DNA of 40,462 nt. Origin: Candidatus Planktophila sp. Its GTDB lineage: Bacteria; Actinomycetota; Actinomycetes; Nanopelagicales; Nanopelagicaceae. Shown here one piece after another: positions 28,786 to 38,430 of this stretch (position 1 is the first letter of the stretch; every line of letters begins with the position of its first letter). The position numbers and the translations under genes were made by a program. The notes beneath the pieces were generated by a model. That model was given only the letters and a program-made list of their open reading frames with translations, did not search any database and had not been told where the DNA came from. The stretch lies in contig JBJTKU010000086.1 in assembly GCA_046096605.1 (NCBI GenBank), positions 1 to 40,462 on the forward strand, in the 5' to 3' direction.

Positions 28786-30603
28786 ATGTTGCTTGATCTC
28801 GTTCTACTAACTTCAAAATATCTCACCTTTATCTCCAGCTTTGCTGTAGTCGGATGCCTATTGGCGATGAGCTTTCTTTTACTTAACGTAGAAGGCAATC
28901 TCTCCGAGAGTGCGCTGGCCTTGCGACGCAAAGCTTCAATCGTTGGATTGATCTGGTTTATAGCTAGCGCCACCTATATCGCCGCGACCCTTGCAGATAT
29001 TTTGGGGAGCTCTTTTACCGATGCTCTAGAGATCACCTCTCTCCGTTCATTTGTGACGCAAGTACTTCTGGGTAAGTATCTCTTTGCACAAACTATCGTT
29101 GCTTTCGTCGTTGGATTCCTGCTCCTACGCGTGAAGCGAGTAATTCCAACTATCTTCTTACTTCTCATCTCTTTGGTTGCAATCGCAGCACCTGCCCTTG
29201 AAAGCCACTCAGCATCAGGTGGTTCTCATGCTCTTGCTACCGGTTCGATGATTCTTCACATTATTGGGCTCTCACTCTGGGTAGGCGGTCTCTTTGCACT
29301 TGCCTTCATAAAGAATGAAGAGAGAAAGCCGGCCATCCTGCGATTTAGTGTGATGGCGTTATGGGCTGCGATCATCGTCGTTGCAAGTGGTCTTATCAAT
29401 GCCTGGGCCAGACTTAACTTTAAGGCCGCCTGGGATACAACATATGCCCGAGTTGTTATTTTAAAAACAGTTCTCACCGCAATACTTATTCTTATTGGAT
29501 ACCTGCATCGCAAGAAGATTGCCTTGCGTCCTGCAATCGATTGGCGTGGAATAACCCGTTTAGTTACAGGCGAAGTTGTGCTGATGGCAGCTATAACAGC
29601 AATAGGGATTTGGCTTTCAGTAAACGCAAGCCCTGAACGCATCATTGATCCTGTAATTCCAGAAGCACCAACATTATCTAGAATCTTGTGGGCTTATGAG
29701 CCTGATCTTTTCTTTATTGGAGCACTTGTACTTACCACTGCTCTCTACATTAAAGGTGTCGTCATTCTCAAAAAACGTGGTGATACATGGCCAGTAGGTC
29801 GCACCGTTGCCTTTGCATTAGGGATCACTGGAATCGATTTTGCTACTAGTGGTGGCCTTGGTGTCTATGCGATGTATTCTTTTGAATATCACATGGTGGC
29901 ACATATGACTTTAGGAATGATTGCACCCATCGGACTTGTTCTAGGTGCTCCCGTCACTCTGGCATTGCGCACACTGCCTCAAGGTAGAACGCCCGAAGAA
30001 CGTGGTCCACGCGCTGTTCTAGTCGCACTGCTGCATTCACGTTATGGCATCTTGCTCACTAACCCTGTTATTGCTCTGGCGCTTTTTGACGGTTCACTCT
30101 TTGTTCTCTACTTCACCGATCTCTTCGGAACTTTGATGTCTAATCACGCAGGACACCTACTGATGAATATTCACTTTATTTTGGCCGGTTTCCTCTTCTT
30201 TATGATCGTTATTGGTGTGGATCCAAGTCCACGACGAATTCATCACTTAGTACGCATCGTGATTCTCTTTGCTGCGATGGCAATTCACGCCTTCTTCTCG
30301 ATTGCATTGCTAGCCACAACTAGTCTGATCGATAAAGGTTTCTACTCATCGCAGAATATTCCATGGCTTGGATCTGGCCTTTTGGATGACCAGCGAGCCG
30401 GCGGCAGCTGGAGTTGGGCAATGGGGGAAATACCAATTATTCTTGCCTTAATTGCAACCTTTATTCTCTGGATGCGAGAGGATGCAAAAGAGACTCGTCG
30501 CATCGACCGTAACGAAGAACGCAAGGCTGCGATGGGTGAACCTGATGAGCTCGCTCAGTACAACGCATATTTACAATCACTGAATACAAGAGAAGAGAAG
30601 TAG
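28786..30603 (+). CDS. CopD-CtaG fusion (copper resistance / cytochrome c oxidase assembly)
   Basis: N-terminal half: SHS.SGGSH, LH...LSLWVGGL, RFS..A, Y...V..K. C-terminal half: RGDTWPVGR, HMVAHM, HF.LAG.LF, HAFF, DQ.AGG..W..GE.P. Confidence 0.9.
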   Translation: MLLDLVLLTSKYLTFISSFAVVGCLLAMSFLLLNVEGNLSESALALRRKASIVGLIWFIASATYIAATLADILGSSFTDALEITSLRSFVTQVLLGKYLFAQTIVAFVVGFLLLRVKRVIPTIFLLLISLVAIAAPALESHSASGGSHALATGSMILHIIGLSLWVGGLFALAFIKNEERKPAILRFSVMALWAAIIVVASGLINAWARLNFKAAWDTTYARVVILKTVLTAILILIGYLHRKKIALRPAIDWRGITRLVTGEVVLMAAITAIGIWLSVNASPERIIDPVIPEAPTLSRILWAYEPDLFFIGALVLTTALYIKGVVILKKRGDTWPVGRTVAFALGITGIDFATSGGLGVYAMYSFEYHMVAHMTLGMIAPIGLVLGAPVTLALRTLPQGRTPEERGPRAVLVALLHSRYGILLTNPVIALALFDGSLFVLYFTDLFGTLMSNHAGHLLMNIHFILAGFLFFMIVIGVDPSPRRIHHLVRIVILFAAMAIHAFFSIALLATTSLIDKGFYSSQNIPWLGSGLLDDQRAGGSWSWAMGEIPIILALIATFILWMREDAKETRRIDRNEERKAAMGEPDELAQYNAYLQSLNTREEK

Positions 30604-31746
30604 ATGACAAGCGATCTATTCGCACTACCAAGCGAGTATCAAGATTTGCGAGATAGCGTGCGCGCACTCGCTGAAAAAGAGATCGCTCCACATGCTCATG
30701 CCGTTGACGAAGATCACCGTTATCCGCAAGAAGCATCTGATGCCTTGATCAGAGCTAATCTTCACGCCGCTCACGTCCCTGCTGAATTTGGCGGCGAAGG
30801 AGCAGATGCGCTAGCTGTAGCCATCATTATTGAAGAAGTCGCTCGCGTCTGTGCATCCTCTTCACTTATTCCAGCGGTCAACAAATTAGGTTCACTACCA
30901 CTCATGATTGGCGGAGAGGAATCTCAGAAGAAGCGGTGGCTTCCCGAGTTAGCTAAAGGAAAAGGTTTTTCATACTGCCTCTCAGAATCTGAAGCTGGAT
31001 CTGATGCGGCTGCCTTAAAGACAAAAGCCGAGAAGACATCGGCTGGATGGCTCCTTAATGGAAGTAAGAAATGGATATCAAACGCTGGAGTCTCTGAGTT
31101 CTACACAGTAATTGCGCAGACGGATCCAAGTAAAGGATCAAAGGGAATCACGGCATTTATCGTTGAAAAATCTGATCCCGGAATCTCATTTGGCGCTCCG
31201 GAGAAGAAGATGGGTTTTCGCGGATCTCCGACTCGAGAGGTCTACTTCGACAATGTAGAGATAGCAGATGATCGTCGCATCGGTGAAGTAGGCAACGGCT
31301 TCTCAATAGCAATGGATACCTTGGACCACACACGCATCACGATTGCCGCGCAAGCACTTGGCATTGCACAAGGAGCGCTCGATGCCGCAGAGAAGTATTC
31401 GCATGAGCGTAAACAGTTTGGTAAAGAGATTTTTGATTTCCAGGCAATCCAATTCATTTTGGCTGATATGGCGATGAATATAGAAGCCGCCCGTCAGCTC
31501 ACATATGCAGCCGCTGCAAAGAGTGAACGAAATGACAAGGATCTAAAATTCTTCTCTGCTTCAAGTAAGGCATTTGCAAGCGATGTAGCGATGAAAGTGA
31601 CTACCGATGCCGTTCAAGTCCTAGGCGGTTACGGTTATGTCTCTGACTATCCTGTTGAGCGCATGATGCGCGATGCCAAACTTACGCAGATTTATGAAGG
31701 CACGAATCAAGTACAACGCATCGTGATGGCACGTAATCTCCCTTAA
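30604..31746 (+). CDS. Acyl-CoA dehydrogenase (FadE25-like)
   Basis: YCLSESEAGSD, GSKKWISNAG, KKMGFRGSPT, RKQFG, GGYGY, QIYEGTNQVQR. Confidence 0.95.
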   Translation: MTSDLFALPSEYQDLRDSVRALAEKEIAPHAHAVDEDHRYPQEASDALIRANLHAAHVPAEFGGEGADALAVAIIIEEVARVCASSSLIPAVNKLGSLPLMIGGEESQKKRWLPELAKGKGFSYCLSESEAGSDAAALKTKAEKTSAGWLLNGSKKWISNAGVSEFYTVIAQTDPSKGSKGITAFIVEKSDPGISFGAPEKKMGFRGSPTREVYFDNVEIADDRRIGEVGNGFSIAMDTLDHTRITIAAQALGIAQGALDAAEKYSHERKQFGKEIFDFQAIQFILADMAMNIEAARQLTYAAAAKSERNDKDLKFFSASSKAFASDVAMKVTTDAVQVLGGYGYVSDYPVERMMRDAKLTQIYEGTNQVQRIVMARNLP

Positions 31747-32300
31747 TTGACTCGAACCACCATGTCGTAAGTTGCATAGGCGTTAACGGGAACATCATGA
31801 CTTTCTCGCGGTAGGTTTTGGCCAGAAATTTCTTCAGGAAATATCAGAGCGAGTCGCCACGCGGTCAGATGTGGAAGTGCGCGATCGTAATATCCGCCAC
31901 CTTGTCCAAGCCGGTATCCATGTGAATCAACTCGTAGCGCTGGAACGATAACGACATCGATGTGATTGTGATCTAAATCCGGTTCGCCAATCGGCTCAAG
32001 GATTTTGCCTCGGGCTTTTAAATTCTTTGAATCGCCATTCCATGGGACCCATTCCATAGCTGGTTCGCCATCTATTTCTGAGATTCGTGGCAACAATAAC
32101 TTTTTTCCAGCGGCGAGAATGTGGCGATTAAGCTCTGCTGTGTTGGGTTCATCACCATATGAAATGTAACTGGCAATGACTTTCGCTAACGAGATTTCTT
32201 TTGAATTAATCAGATAGGAATACGGAGTATCGACAGCGTATTCACTGCGTTCTCGCCGATATCTTTTTCGTAGATCAGACTTTTCATTGTGAAAGTTCAC
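31743..32300 (-). CDS. 5-formyltetrahydrofolate cyclo-ligase
   Basis: EKSDLR, EP.T, LLLPR, VIVPAL..D..GYRLGQGGGYYDR, HDVPV; likely GTG start at 32300. Confidence 0.93.
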   Translation of the reverse strand: MNFHNEKSDLRKRYRRERSEYAVDTPYSYLINSKEISLAKVIASYISYGDEPNTAELNRHILAAGKKLLLPRISEIDGEPAMEWVPWNGDSKNLKARGKILEPIGEPDLDHNHIDVVIVPALRVDSHGYRLGQGGGYYDRALPHLTAWRLALIFPEEISGQNLPRESHDVPVNAYATYDMVVRVN

Positions 32301-32343
32301 GTCAATCCCCGAATTCCGTAGAGCTAACAAGTATGGTGAGATT

Positions 32344-33270
32344 ATGGCAGAGCATGTAAGAGTTGATGAGTTCCTCTCATCTCTATTGGCCCTCTGTCGA
32401 CCACTTGAACCATTTGATATGCCTCTATTGGATGCTCACGGCGCAACTCTTGCCGCAGATGTATATGCTGGAGAACGGCTTGTCCTTAAAGAAGGTAGTC
32501 GCATCCGCTCGACACAAATTGGCCTTGCTGCTTCTATCGGCCGCGACCATCTCTTAACGAGACCACATCCTCGTGTGGTAGTTCTCTCAGCCGGCCCCGA
32601 TCTGGTTGAGCCAGGAGAGAAATTAAACGAGGATGAAGAGTACGAAACAAATTCTTGGCTACTCACCACAGCAGTACGTGAAACCGGTGCGGTTGCATAT
32701 CGGGTGCACACAATTCCAGATGATGAAGAAGAGCTCAAAGATGTCATTGAAGATCAACTGGTTCGCGCCGATCTCATTATTATTAGCGGCGAGCGTCATG
32801 ATGACTCTTTCGATCTGATTACACGAACACTTTCTGGAATCGGAGAGATCACCACAATTGATCTGGCAATTGAATCCAGCGGTCGTCACAATTACGGCAC
32901 CATTGGTCCGGATAAAGTCCCCGTCGTTACTCTGCCTGGCGATCCGATAGCCGCTTACATCTCCTTTGAGCTATTTGTTCGTCCGATGATTCGCACTATG
33001 TTGGGGGCGGCAACTATTCATCGCCCTGCTGTAAAGGCAAAGTTGGAAAAAGCAATCTCATCTCCGGATGGGCAGCGTTCATATATCCGCGGAATCTTGT
33101 CGGAAGATGGCAAATCAATCGCGCCACTTGGTAAAGGTAATTCATCGGCTCAAGACGAACAGACCACACTCTCTGATGCCAACGCATTTATCGCAGTTCC
33201 TGAAGGTGTGACCTCACTTGAACCAGGTAGCGATGTCACAGTCGTCGTACTTGAACGTCGATATATCTAG
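32344..33270 (+). CDS. Gephyrin/MoeA-like Glp protein, internally deleted (no domain II)
   Basis: MoeA landmarks LDAHGATLAADV, IGLAASIG, PRVVVLS.G..LVEPG, ETNS, LPGDP...ISFE.FVRP, ANAFI.VPE. Only 308 aa; SAMDGYA absent. Confidence 0.88.
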   Translation: MAEHVRVDEFLSSLLALCRPLEPFDMPLLDAHGATLAADVYAGERLVLKEGSRIRSTQIGLAASIGRDHLLTRPHPRVVVLSAGPDLVEPGEKLNEDEEYETNSWLLTTAVRETGAVAYRVHTIPDDEEELKDVIEDQLVRADLIIISGERHDDSFDLITRTLSGIGEITTIDLAIESSGRHNYGTIGPDKVPVVTLPGDPIAAYISFELFVRPMIRTMLGAATIHRPAVKAKLEKAISSPDGQRSYIRGILSEDGKSIAPLGKGNSSAQDEQTTLSDANAFIAVPEGVTSLEPGSDVTVVVLERRYI

Positions 33271-33275
33271 TTGCC

Positions 33276-33857
33276 ATGTCTTCACACCAGTGGCCAGTTC
33301 TCTTGAGTGATGGCGAATTAGAGCTACGCGCATTACGACTTCGCGATCGCAGACGCTGGAATCGACTGCGCGCCAGTAATCGACAATGGCTACAGCAATG
33401 GGAGGCAACTCTTCCGACGGTGACAACTGGGCCAGCGGCAGCAACCCCACAGTTACCTTCGTACTTCTCCATGATTGCAACCTTTAATCGTGAAGCGCGT
33501 AACGGGCGTTCGTTCTCTTTCGTTATCTGGAAGGGTCCACATCTGATCGGACAGATCACCCTTGGCGGCGTTATCTACGGAGCCCTTCGCGGTGGACATA
33601 TTGGGTATTGGATCGATCAGGAGTTCGCTAATCGTGGATATACAACGCAAGCGGTCGAGATTTTGACCCGCTTTGGTTTTGATCAATTAGGGCTTCACCG
33701 CATCGAGATCAACATTCGGCCCGAAAATGCACCGTCATGCAAAGTCGCCGAAAAGGCGGGATATCAATTAGAAGGAACGCGTTTGCGCTATTTACATATC
33801 GATGGACAGTGGCGCGATCACATTACATATGTGAAAGAGAACCCGACGGTCGAATAA
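33276..33857 (+). CDS. GNAT acetyltransferase, RimJ/RimL family
   Basis: WLQQWEAT, IGYWID...NRGY, LHRIEINIRPEN.PS.KVAEK.G, YLHIDGQWRDH. Confidence 0.92.
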   Translation: MSSHQWPVLLSDGELELRALRLRDRRRWNRLRASNRQWLQQWEATLPTVTTGPAAATPQLPSYFSMIATFNREARNGRSFSFVIWKGPHLIGQITLGGVIYGALRGGHIGYWIDQEFANRGYTTQAVEILTRFGFDQLGLHRIEINIRPENAPSCKVAEKAGYQLEGTRLRYLHIDGQWRDHITYVKENPTVE

Positions 33858-33925
33858 AAAAGTGCTGGTGAGCAAGGGGGCAAATCCACGGAAGTGAAGG
33901 GCTCACCCCTTAATCTTGGTTCATC

Positions 33926-34678
33926 ATGGCTTCGGGAATTATCTATCTGGCGATTATTGGCATGTGGGTTGCCTATTTTCTGCCACGCTGGATCCATAGC
34001 CGTAACGAATTTACCGGCAAGAGCGCTCAGCGATATCGCAGCGCGCTCGAAGTAGTCTCCGGAACAGCAAGTCCACTCTCTGAAGTTGATCGACTTCGTG
34101 CCAATCAACTCAAACTCACTCGAAGAAGACTCTTCTTCTCTCTAATTGTTTTATCATTCGTACTAACATTGGTAGGTGCAGTAATGCAAGCAGTTACATA
34201 CACACTCATTTTGTTACCTGTTGCAGGATTTATCTTCTATCTTGCACAAGTTCGTCACGAAACGAATATTGAAAAGATTGCTAAGCGACGTCGTGATGAA
34301 CTCCATCGCACCAACGCGGGGGTCTCAACGACCAATCTTGCAGATGTTGTTGCACCACGCACCACAACCGAACATTGGATTCCATTATCTGAACGTGAAA
34401 TTTCCGGCGTTACGATTTTGCCAAAGGGAAGCCAGAAAGCTGCAAGCGAATGGGATCCACAGAGTGTTCCTGTCCCAACTTATGTACATGCAGCTAAAGC
34501 TGTTCCATCACGTCGCGTCATCGATTTAACTGAGCCAGGTAAATGGAGTGAAGAGCAAGAGCGACTTGAGCGCGAAGCACTGGCCGCAGCATCTCCTTCT
34601 CGAGATGAGATCTTTGATCAGCAACTAGCTGAAGAGGCGGTCACTCGCCTACGAGAAAACCGCGCCTCAAATCAATAA
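33926..34678 (+). CDS. GlpR/SepX-family divisome membrane protein
   Basis: N-terminal TM ending W..Y.LP, an RRR before two further TMs, and C-terminal W.P..VP.PTYV; position after glp and the rimJ-like gene. Confidence 0.72.
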   Translation: MASGIIYLAIIGMWVAYFLPRWIHSRNEFTGKSAQRYRSALEVVSGTASPLSEVDRLRANQLKLTRRRLFFSLIVLSFVLTLVGAVMQAVTYTLILLPVAGFIFYLAQVRHETNIEKIAKRRRDELHRTNAGVSTTNLADVVAPRTTTEHWIPLSEREISGVTILPKGSQKAASEWDPQSVPVPTYVHAAKAVPSRRVIDLTEPGKWSEEQERLEREALAAASPSRDEIFDQQLAEEAVTRLRENRASNQ

Positions 34679-34684
34679 TGTAGG

Positions 34685-35950
34685 TCAGATCCAGCTCGGT
34701 AACCACATACGCCCATACCAGGCGTCATATGTGATGACTTCTCCCAGATAAATCGGAAGAAAGTAGAGAAAGTTAAATAGCACCAGGATCGCAAAGGCGC
34801 TACTGGCTATTGTTCCCCACTTGTAATTTTGCGAGATAAACCAGCGCGCACAATAAGTAATTGCCAGGATAAGAAATGGCTGAAAGATAATTGCGTAGAA
34901 GGAAAATACCGTCCGATTATCAAAGGCAAACCAAGGCAGGTAACCGGCGGCGATACCAATCACAATAATATTTGAGGCAGGTTCCATTCGATTCTTAATA
35001 ATTGATTTAATCCAGAAGCCAAAGACTACAAAAATTGCTATCGCACCAGCCCACCATAAAAATGGTGTACCCATTGCCAGAACTTCTTGCGAACATGACG
35101 ATGCACCACAAGTGTTTGGAGATTGATAGAAGAATGAAGTTGGTCGAGATTGAATCAACCAGGTCCATGGGTGTGCTTGGTAGGTGTGCTTCTCACTCAA
35201 TCCCGTATGAAAATTAAGCATCTGCTGGTGATAGTGGATAAAGGATGCGATCGGATTAGTTGAGTGATCACGCCCCCATCCACGATCTGAAAGAAACCAA
35301 CCGGTCCATGATGTGACATAGACAGCAAGTGGCAGAACTCCAAAAGATGCAAAACGTGAAAGTGTGGGTTTAATCAGATCTCGCCCAGTGTGATGAGTGA
35401 ATGCACGATACAAAGCGATCATGCCAAAGAGGGCGATGAAATAGATTGCACTCCATTTGGTGGCAAGGGCTAAGCCTAAGAAGAGTCCAGTCGCCCAATA
35501 ATTTTTCCGAATGAAGAAGTAAGTTGAGGCGAGGATGAACGTGGTGAGAAAGTTATCTAAGAGAGAAGTACGTGAATGAACTAAAGCTAAACCATCGAGT
35601 GTTGCCAGAAATGTTGCAAAGAGAGTCAGAAATCGTGATCTAAAGAGGCGTTGTGTAATGAGGCCAATAAGAACAATAGAGATAACGCCAGCAAGTGCTG
35701 TCGAAATTCTCCACCCAAACTCGTTGTTACCAAATATTTGTATACCTGCAGCAATCAGCCACTTTCCCACGGGTGGATGGACGATGAATTCAGCCTCATT
35801 GCCTTTTACTTCAACGCCATAAGCTAATAAATCTCTAGCGCCATCTACGTAATAGACCTCATCAAAGATCAGTCCTTTGGGCAGACCGAGGTTGATGACA
35901 CGAAGGAGAAAACCAAAAGCGGAAATCGCATATATTCCAACGTAGGTCAC
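34685..35950 (-). CDS. pmt: Protein O-mannosyltransferase (GT39)
   Basis: IFDEVYY, VHPPVGKWLIA, FGWR, SRT.LLD, ATKWS, H.YQ..PW.W, W..RMWLPSWI. Confidence 0.92.
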   Translation of the reverse strand: MTYVGIYAISAFGFLLRVINLGLPKGLIFDEVYYVDGARDLLAYGVEVKGNEAEFIVHPPVGKWLIAAGIQIFGNNEFGWRISTALAGVISIVLIGLITQRLFRSRFLTLFATFLATLDGLALVHSRTSLLDNFLTTFILASTYFFIRKNYWATGLFLGLALATKWSAIYFIALFGMIALYRAFTHHTGRDLIKPTLSRFASFGVLPLAVYVTSWTGWFLSDRGWGRDHSTNPIASFIHYHQQMLNFHTGLSEKHTYQAHPWTWLIQSRPTSFFYQSPNTCGASSCSQEVLAMGTPFLWWAGAIAIFVVFGFWIKSIIKNRMEPASNIIVIGIAAGYLPWFAFDNRTVFSFYAIIFQPFLILAITYCARWFISQNYKWGTIASSAFAILVLFNFLYFLPIYLGEVITYDAWYGRMWLPSWI

Positions 35951-36009
35951 GAGTGCAAGGGTATGCGCATCTGTTCATAAAGTGGTGTAATTCCTGAGAA
36001 GATAGCGCA

Positions 36010-36846
36010 GTGACCTTAACTCTTGCAGCAACTCCCCTTGGAAATCCAGGCGATGCAAGCGCGCGCCTTAAGGCTGCGATTGTGGGCGCTGAAGTAATTG
36101 CGGCAGAGGATTCGCGACGTTTCCATCGATTGGCCTCTGATTTAGGTCTCACATTTACAGGCAAAGTCATCTCTTTCTTTGAAGGAAATGAAACTGCGCG
36201 CACTGAAGAAGTTCTTGCACTCTTGCAGGCAGGCAAAGATGTCCTTGTACTCTCTGATGCAGGCATGCCAACAATTAGTGATCCTGGATTTCGTTTGACT
36301 CGAGATGCAATTTCGCTCGGCATTCACATAGTTGTAATACCAGGACCAAGTGCACCAACGATGGCACTTGCCCTCTCTGGACTTGCTACCGATCGATTTA
36401 CCTTTGAAGGTTTTCTCTCCCGCTCAAGCGGTGCCAGACAATCTCATCTTGAATCACTTCGTTTTGAAGAGCGCACAATGATCTTCTTTGAAGCACCTCA
36501 TCGCATTACCGAGTCTCTTGCTGATATAGCAGAGATTTTTGGAGGTGATCGTCAGGGTGCAATCTGTCGCGAGATGACAAAGACCTATGAAGAGACTGTT
36601 CGCGGCACATTAGATGAATTAGTTGCCTGGTCACAATCAAAGGAGATTCTCGGTGAAATCACGATAGTGATTGCCGGAGTTCCAGTGGGATCTGCTGCAA
36701 AGACAGCCGAAGATATGGTTGCACGAGTTCGTGAATTTGAGAGAGCCGGGATGGATCGCAAAGACGCAATCGCCACTGTGGCTAAAGAGTTTGAAATGCC
36801 GAAGAAGATCGTTTACGCAGCAGTCGTTGATGCGAGTAAGTCGTAA
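36010..36846 (+). CDS. rsmI: 16S rRNA (C1402-2'-O)-methyltransferase
   Basis: ATPLGN, AAEDSR, SDAGMP.ISDPG, IPGPSA, FEGFL, FFEAPHR, REMTK.YE. Confidence 0.96.
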   Translation: MTLTLAATPLGNPGDASARLKAAIVGAEVIAAEDSRRFHRLASDLGLTFTGKVISFFEGNETARTEEVLALLQAGKDVLVLSDAGMPTISDPGFRLTRDAISLGIHIVVIPGPSAPTMALALSGLATDRFTFEGFLSRSSGARQSHLESLRFEERTMIFFEAPHRITESLADIAEIFGGDRQGAICREMTKTYEETVRGTLDELVAWSQSKEILGEITIVIAGVPVGSAAKTAEDMVARVREFERAGMDRKDAIATVAKEFEMPKKIVYAAVVDASKS

Positions 36847-36859
36847 TAAGATGGCGACC

Positions 36860-38422
36860 GTGAAATCCTTCTATCTGACGACGCCTATCTACTACGTCAA
36901 CGATGCCCCACATATTGGTCATGCCTACACAACAGTGGCAGGAGATGTGCTTACTCGTTGGCACCGTCAGCGTGGAGAATCAGTCTGGTTCCTCACCGGA
37001 ACCGATGAGCATGGCCAGAAGGTAATGCGCACCGCCGAGCAGAATAACGTTGCTCCACAAGAGTGGGTTGATCGCTTAGTTGCAGATGCATGGAAGCCAA
37101 ATTGGGCAGCGCTGAACATTGCAAACGATGACTTCATCCGCACAACCGAGCCTCGCCACACAGTTCGTGTTCAGAAATTTTTACAAGCCCTAAAAGACTC
37201 TGGCCATATCTATGCAGGTAAATATGAAGGTCCATACTGCGTTGGCTGCGAAGAATTTAAGCTTCCTGGTGATCTCATTGATGCTAATGGTGAAAAACTC
37301 TGCCCAATCCATAGCAAACCAATTGAGATCGTCAACGAAAATAATTGGTTCTTTAATCTTTCAGCATTTGCCCAGGCGCTTCTTGATCACTACAAAAATA
37401 ATCCAGAAAGCTGCCAACCAGAGAGTGCGCGCAACGAAGTAATTGCATTCCTCGAGGGTGGAGTCTCTGATCTCTCCATTAGTCGTTCTACCTTTGATTG
37501 GGGAATCCCAGTTCCATGGGATACCGATCAAGTTGTCTATGTCTGGTTCGATGCTCTGCTTAACTATGCGACAGCAGTTGGCCTTACAGATGATCCTGCA
37601 TCCGAAGGTGGAAAGAAGTTTGCGCAGACTTGGCCGGCAGATGTACATCTTGTTGGAAAAGATATTTTACGGTTCCATGCTGTTATCTGGCCCGCAATGT
37701 TGATGGCAGCAGGAATTGATATTCCGCGCAAGATATTTGCGCACGGTTGGCTTCTTGTTGGCGGCGAAAAGATGAGTAAGTCAAAGCTGACGGGTATTGC
37801 ACCATCTGATATCACCGATCACTTTGGCGTAGATGCGTTTAGATATTACTTCTTACGTGCAATTCCATTTGGTAGCGATGGATCTTTCTCTTGGGAAGAT
37901 ATGAGCGCTCGTTACACCTCAGAGCTTGCCAATGATTTTGGCAACCTTGCTAGCCGCCTTGCGGCAATGATCGAAAAGTACTGTGGTGGGCTCATTCCTG
38001 CACCACATCGCGATGAAACGTTAGCGAAGGCTCTCGAGGCAACTGTTGAAACGGCTGATAAGGCCATGGTTGCTCTTGATTTTCAAGGAGCGATTGTTGC
38101 GACAATGGATTTTTGCAAGAAGGTCAATGGCTATGTCACAGAGAAAGAACCATGGATCCTTGCTAAAGATCCAGCCAACCATGCAGAGCTTGAGCAAGTT
38201 CTTTACAACACCGCTGAAGCACTTCGCGCACTTGCAGTCCTGTTACATCCGGTGATGCCAGCAACGACTGAGATTTTGTGGCAATCACTTGGAGCCCAAG
38301 CCGCACTCGGTGCAATCGGAGATCAGAAAATCAGTCAGATCGCACAATGGGGACAGCTTCCACAGGGTGCAACTGTTACCAAGACCCCAGTTCTCTTTCC
38401 TCGTCTTGAGATTAAAGAGTAA
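36860..38422 (+). CDS. metG: Methionine--tRNA ligase (short form, one Zn knuckle)
   Basis: HIGH, GTDEHGQK, CVGC...CPIH, KMSKS. Start is GTG 36860 (leaderless -10 TAAGAT) or ATG 36851, not 36671. Confidence 0.97.
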   Translation: MKSFYLTTPIYYVNDAPHIGHAYTTVAGDVLTRWHRQRGESVWFLTGTDEHGQKVMRTAEQNNVAPQEWVDRLVADAWKPNWAALNIANDDFIRTTEPRHTVRVQKFLQALKDSGHIYAGKYEGPYCVGCEEFKLPGDLIDANGEKLCPIHSKPIEIVNENNWFFNLSAFAQALLDHYKNNPESCQPESARNEVIAFLEGGVSDLSISRSTFDWGIPVPWDTDQVVYVWFDALLNYATAVGLTDDPASEGGKKFAQTWPADVHLVGKDILRFHAVIWPAMLMAAGIDIPRKIFAHGWLLVGGEKMSKSKLTGIAPSDITDHFGVDAFRYYFLRAIPFGSDGSFSWEDMSARYTSELANDFGNLASRLAAMIEKYCGGLIPAPHRDETLAKALEATVETADKAMVALDFQGAIVATMDFCKKVNGYVTEKEPWILAKDPANHAELEQVLYNTAEALRALAVLLHPVMPATTEILWQSLGAQAALGAIGDQKISQIAQWGQLPQGATVTKTPVLFPRLEIKE

Positions 38423-38430
38423 GTACCTCT

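Noticed and set aside
32344-33270. Calling the short moeA a pseudogene
   Set aside because: The deletion is in frame and follows domain boundaries; there are no stops or frameshifts, and the promoter and gene context are intact.
33868-33907. GGTGAGC/GCTCACC inverted repeat upstream of glpR as an ncRNA or terminator
   Set aside because: 7-bp arms with a long loop and no U-tract; not distinguishable from chance.
36671-36850. 60-aa N-terminal extension of MetG, and similar extensions on csp, pdxH, citA, SDR and saccharopine dehydrogenase in the ORF track
   Set aside because: These are longest-ORF artefacts: they overlap neighbouring genes or promoters, while downstream starts have SD or leaderless signals and match family N-termini.
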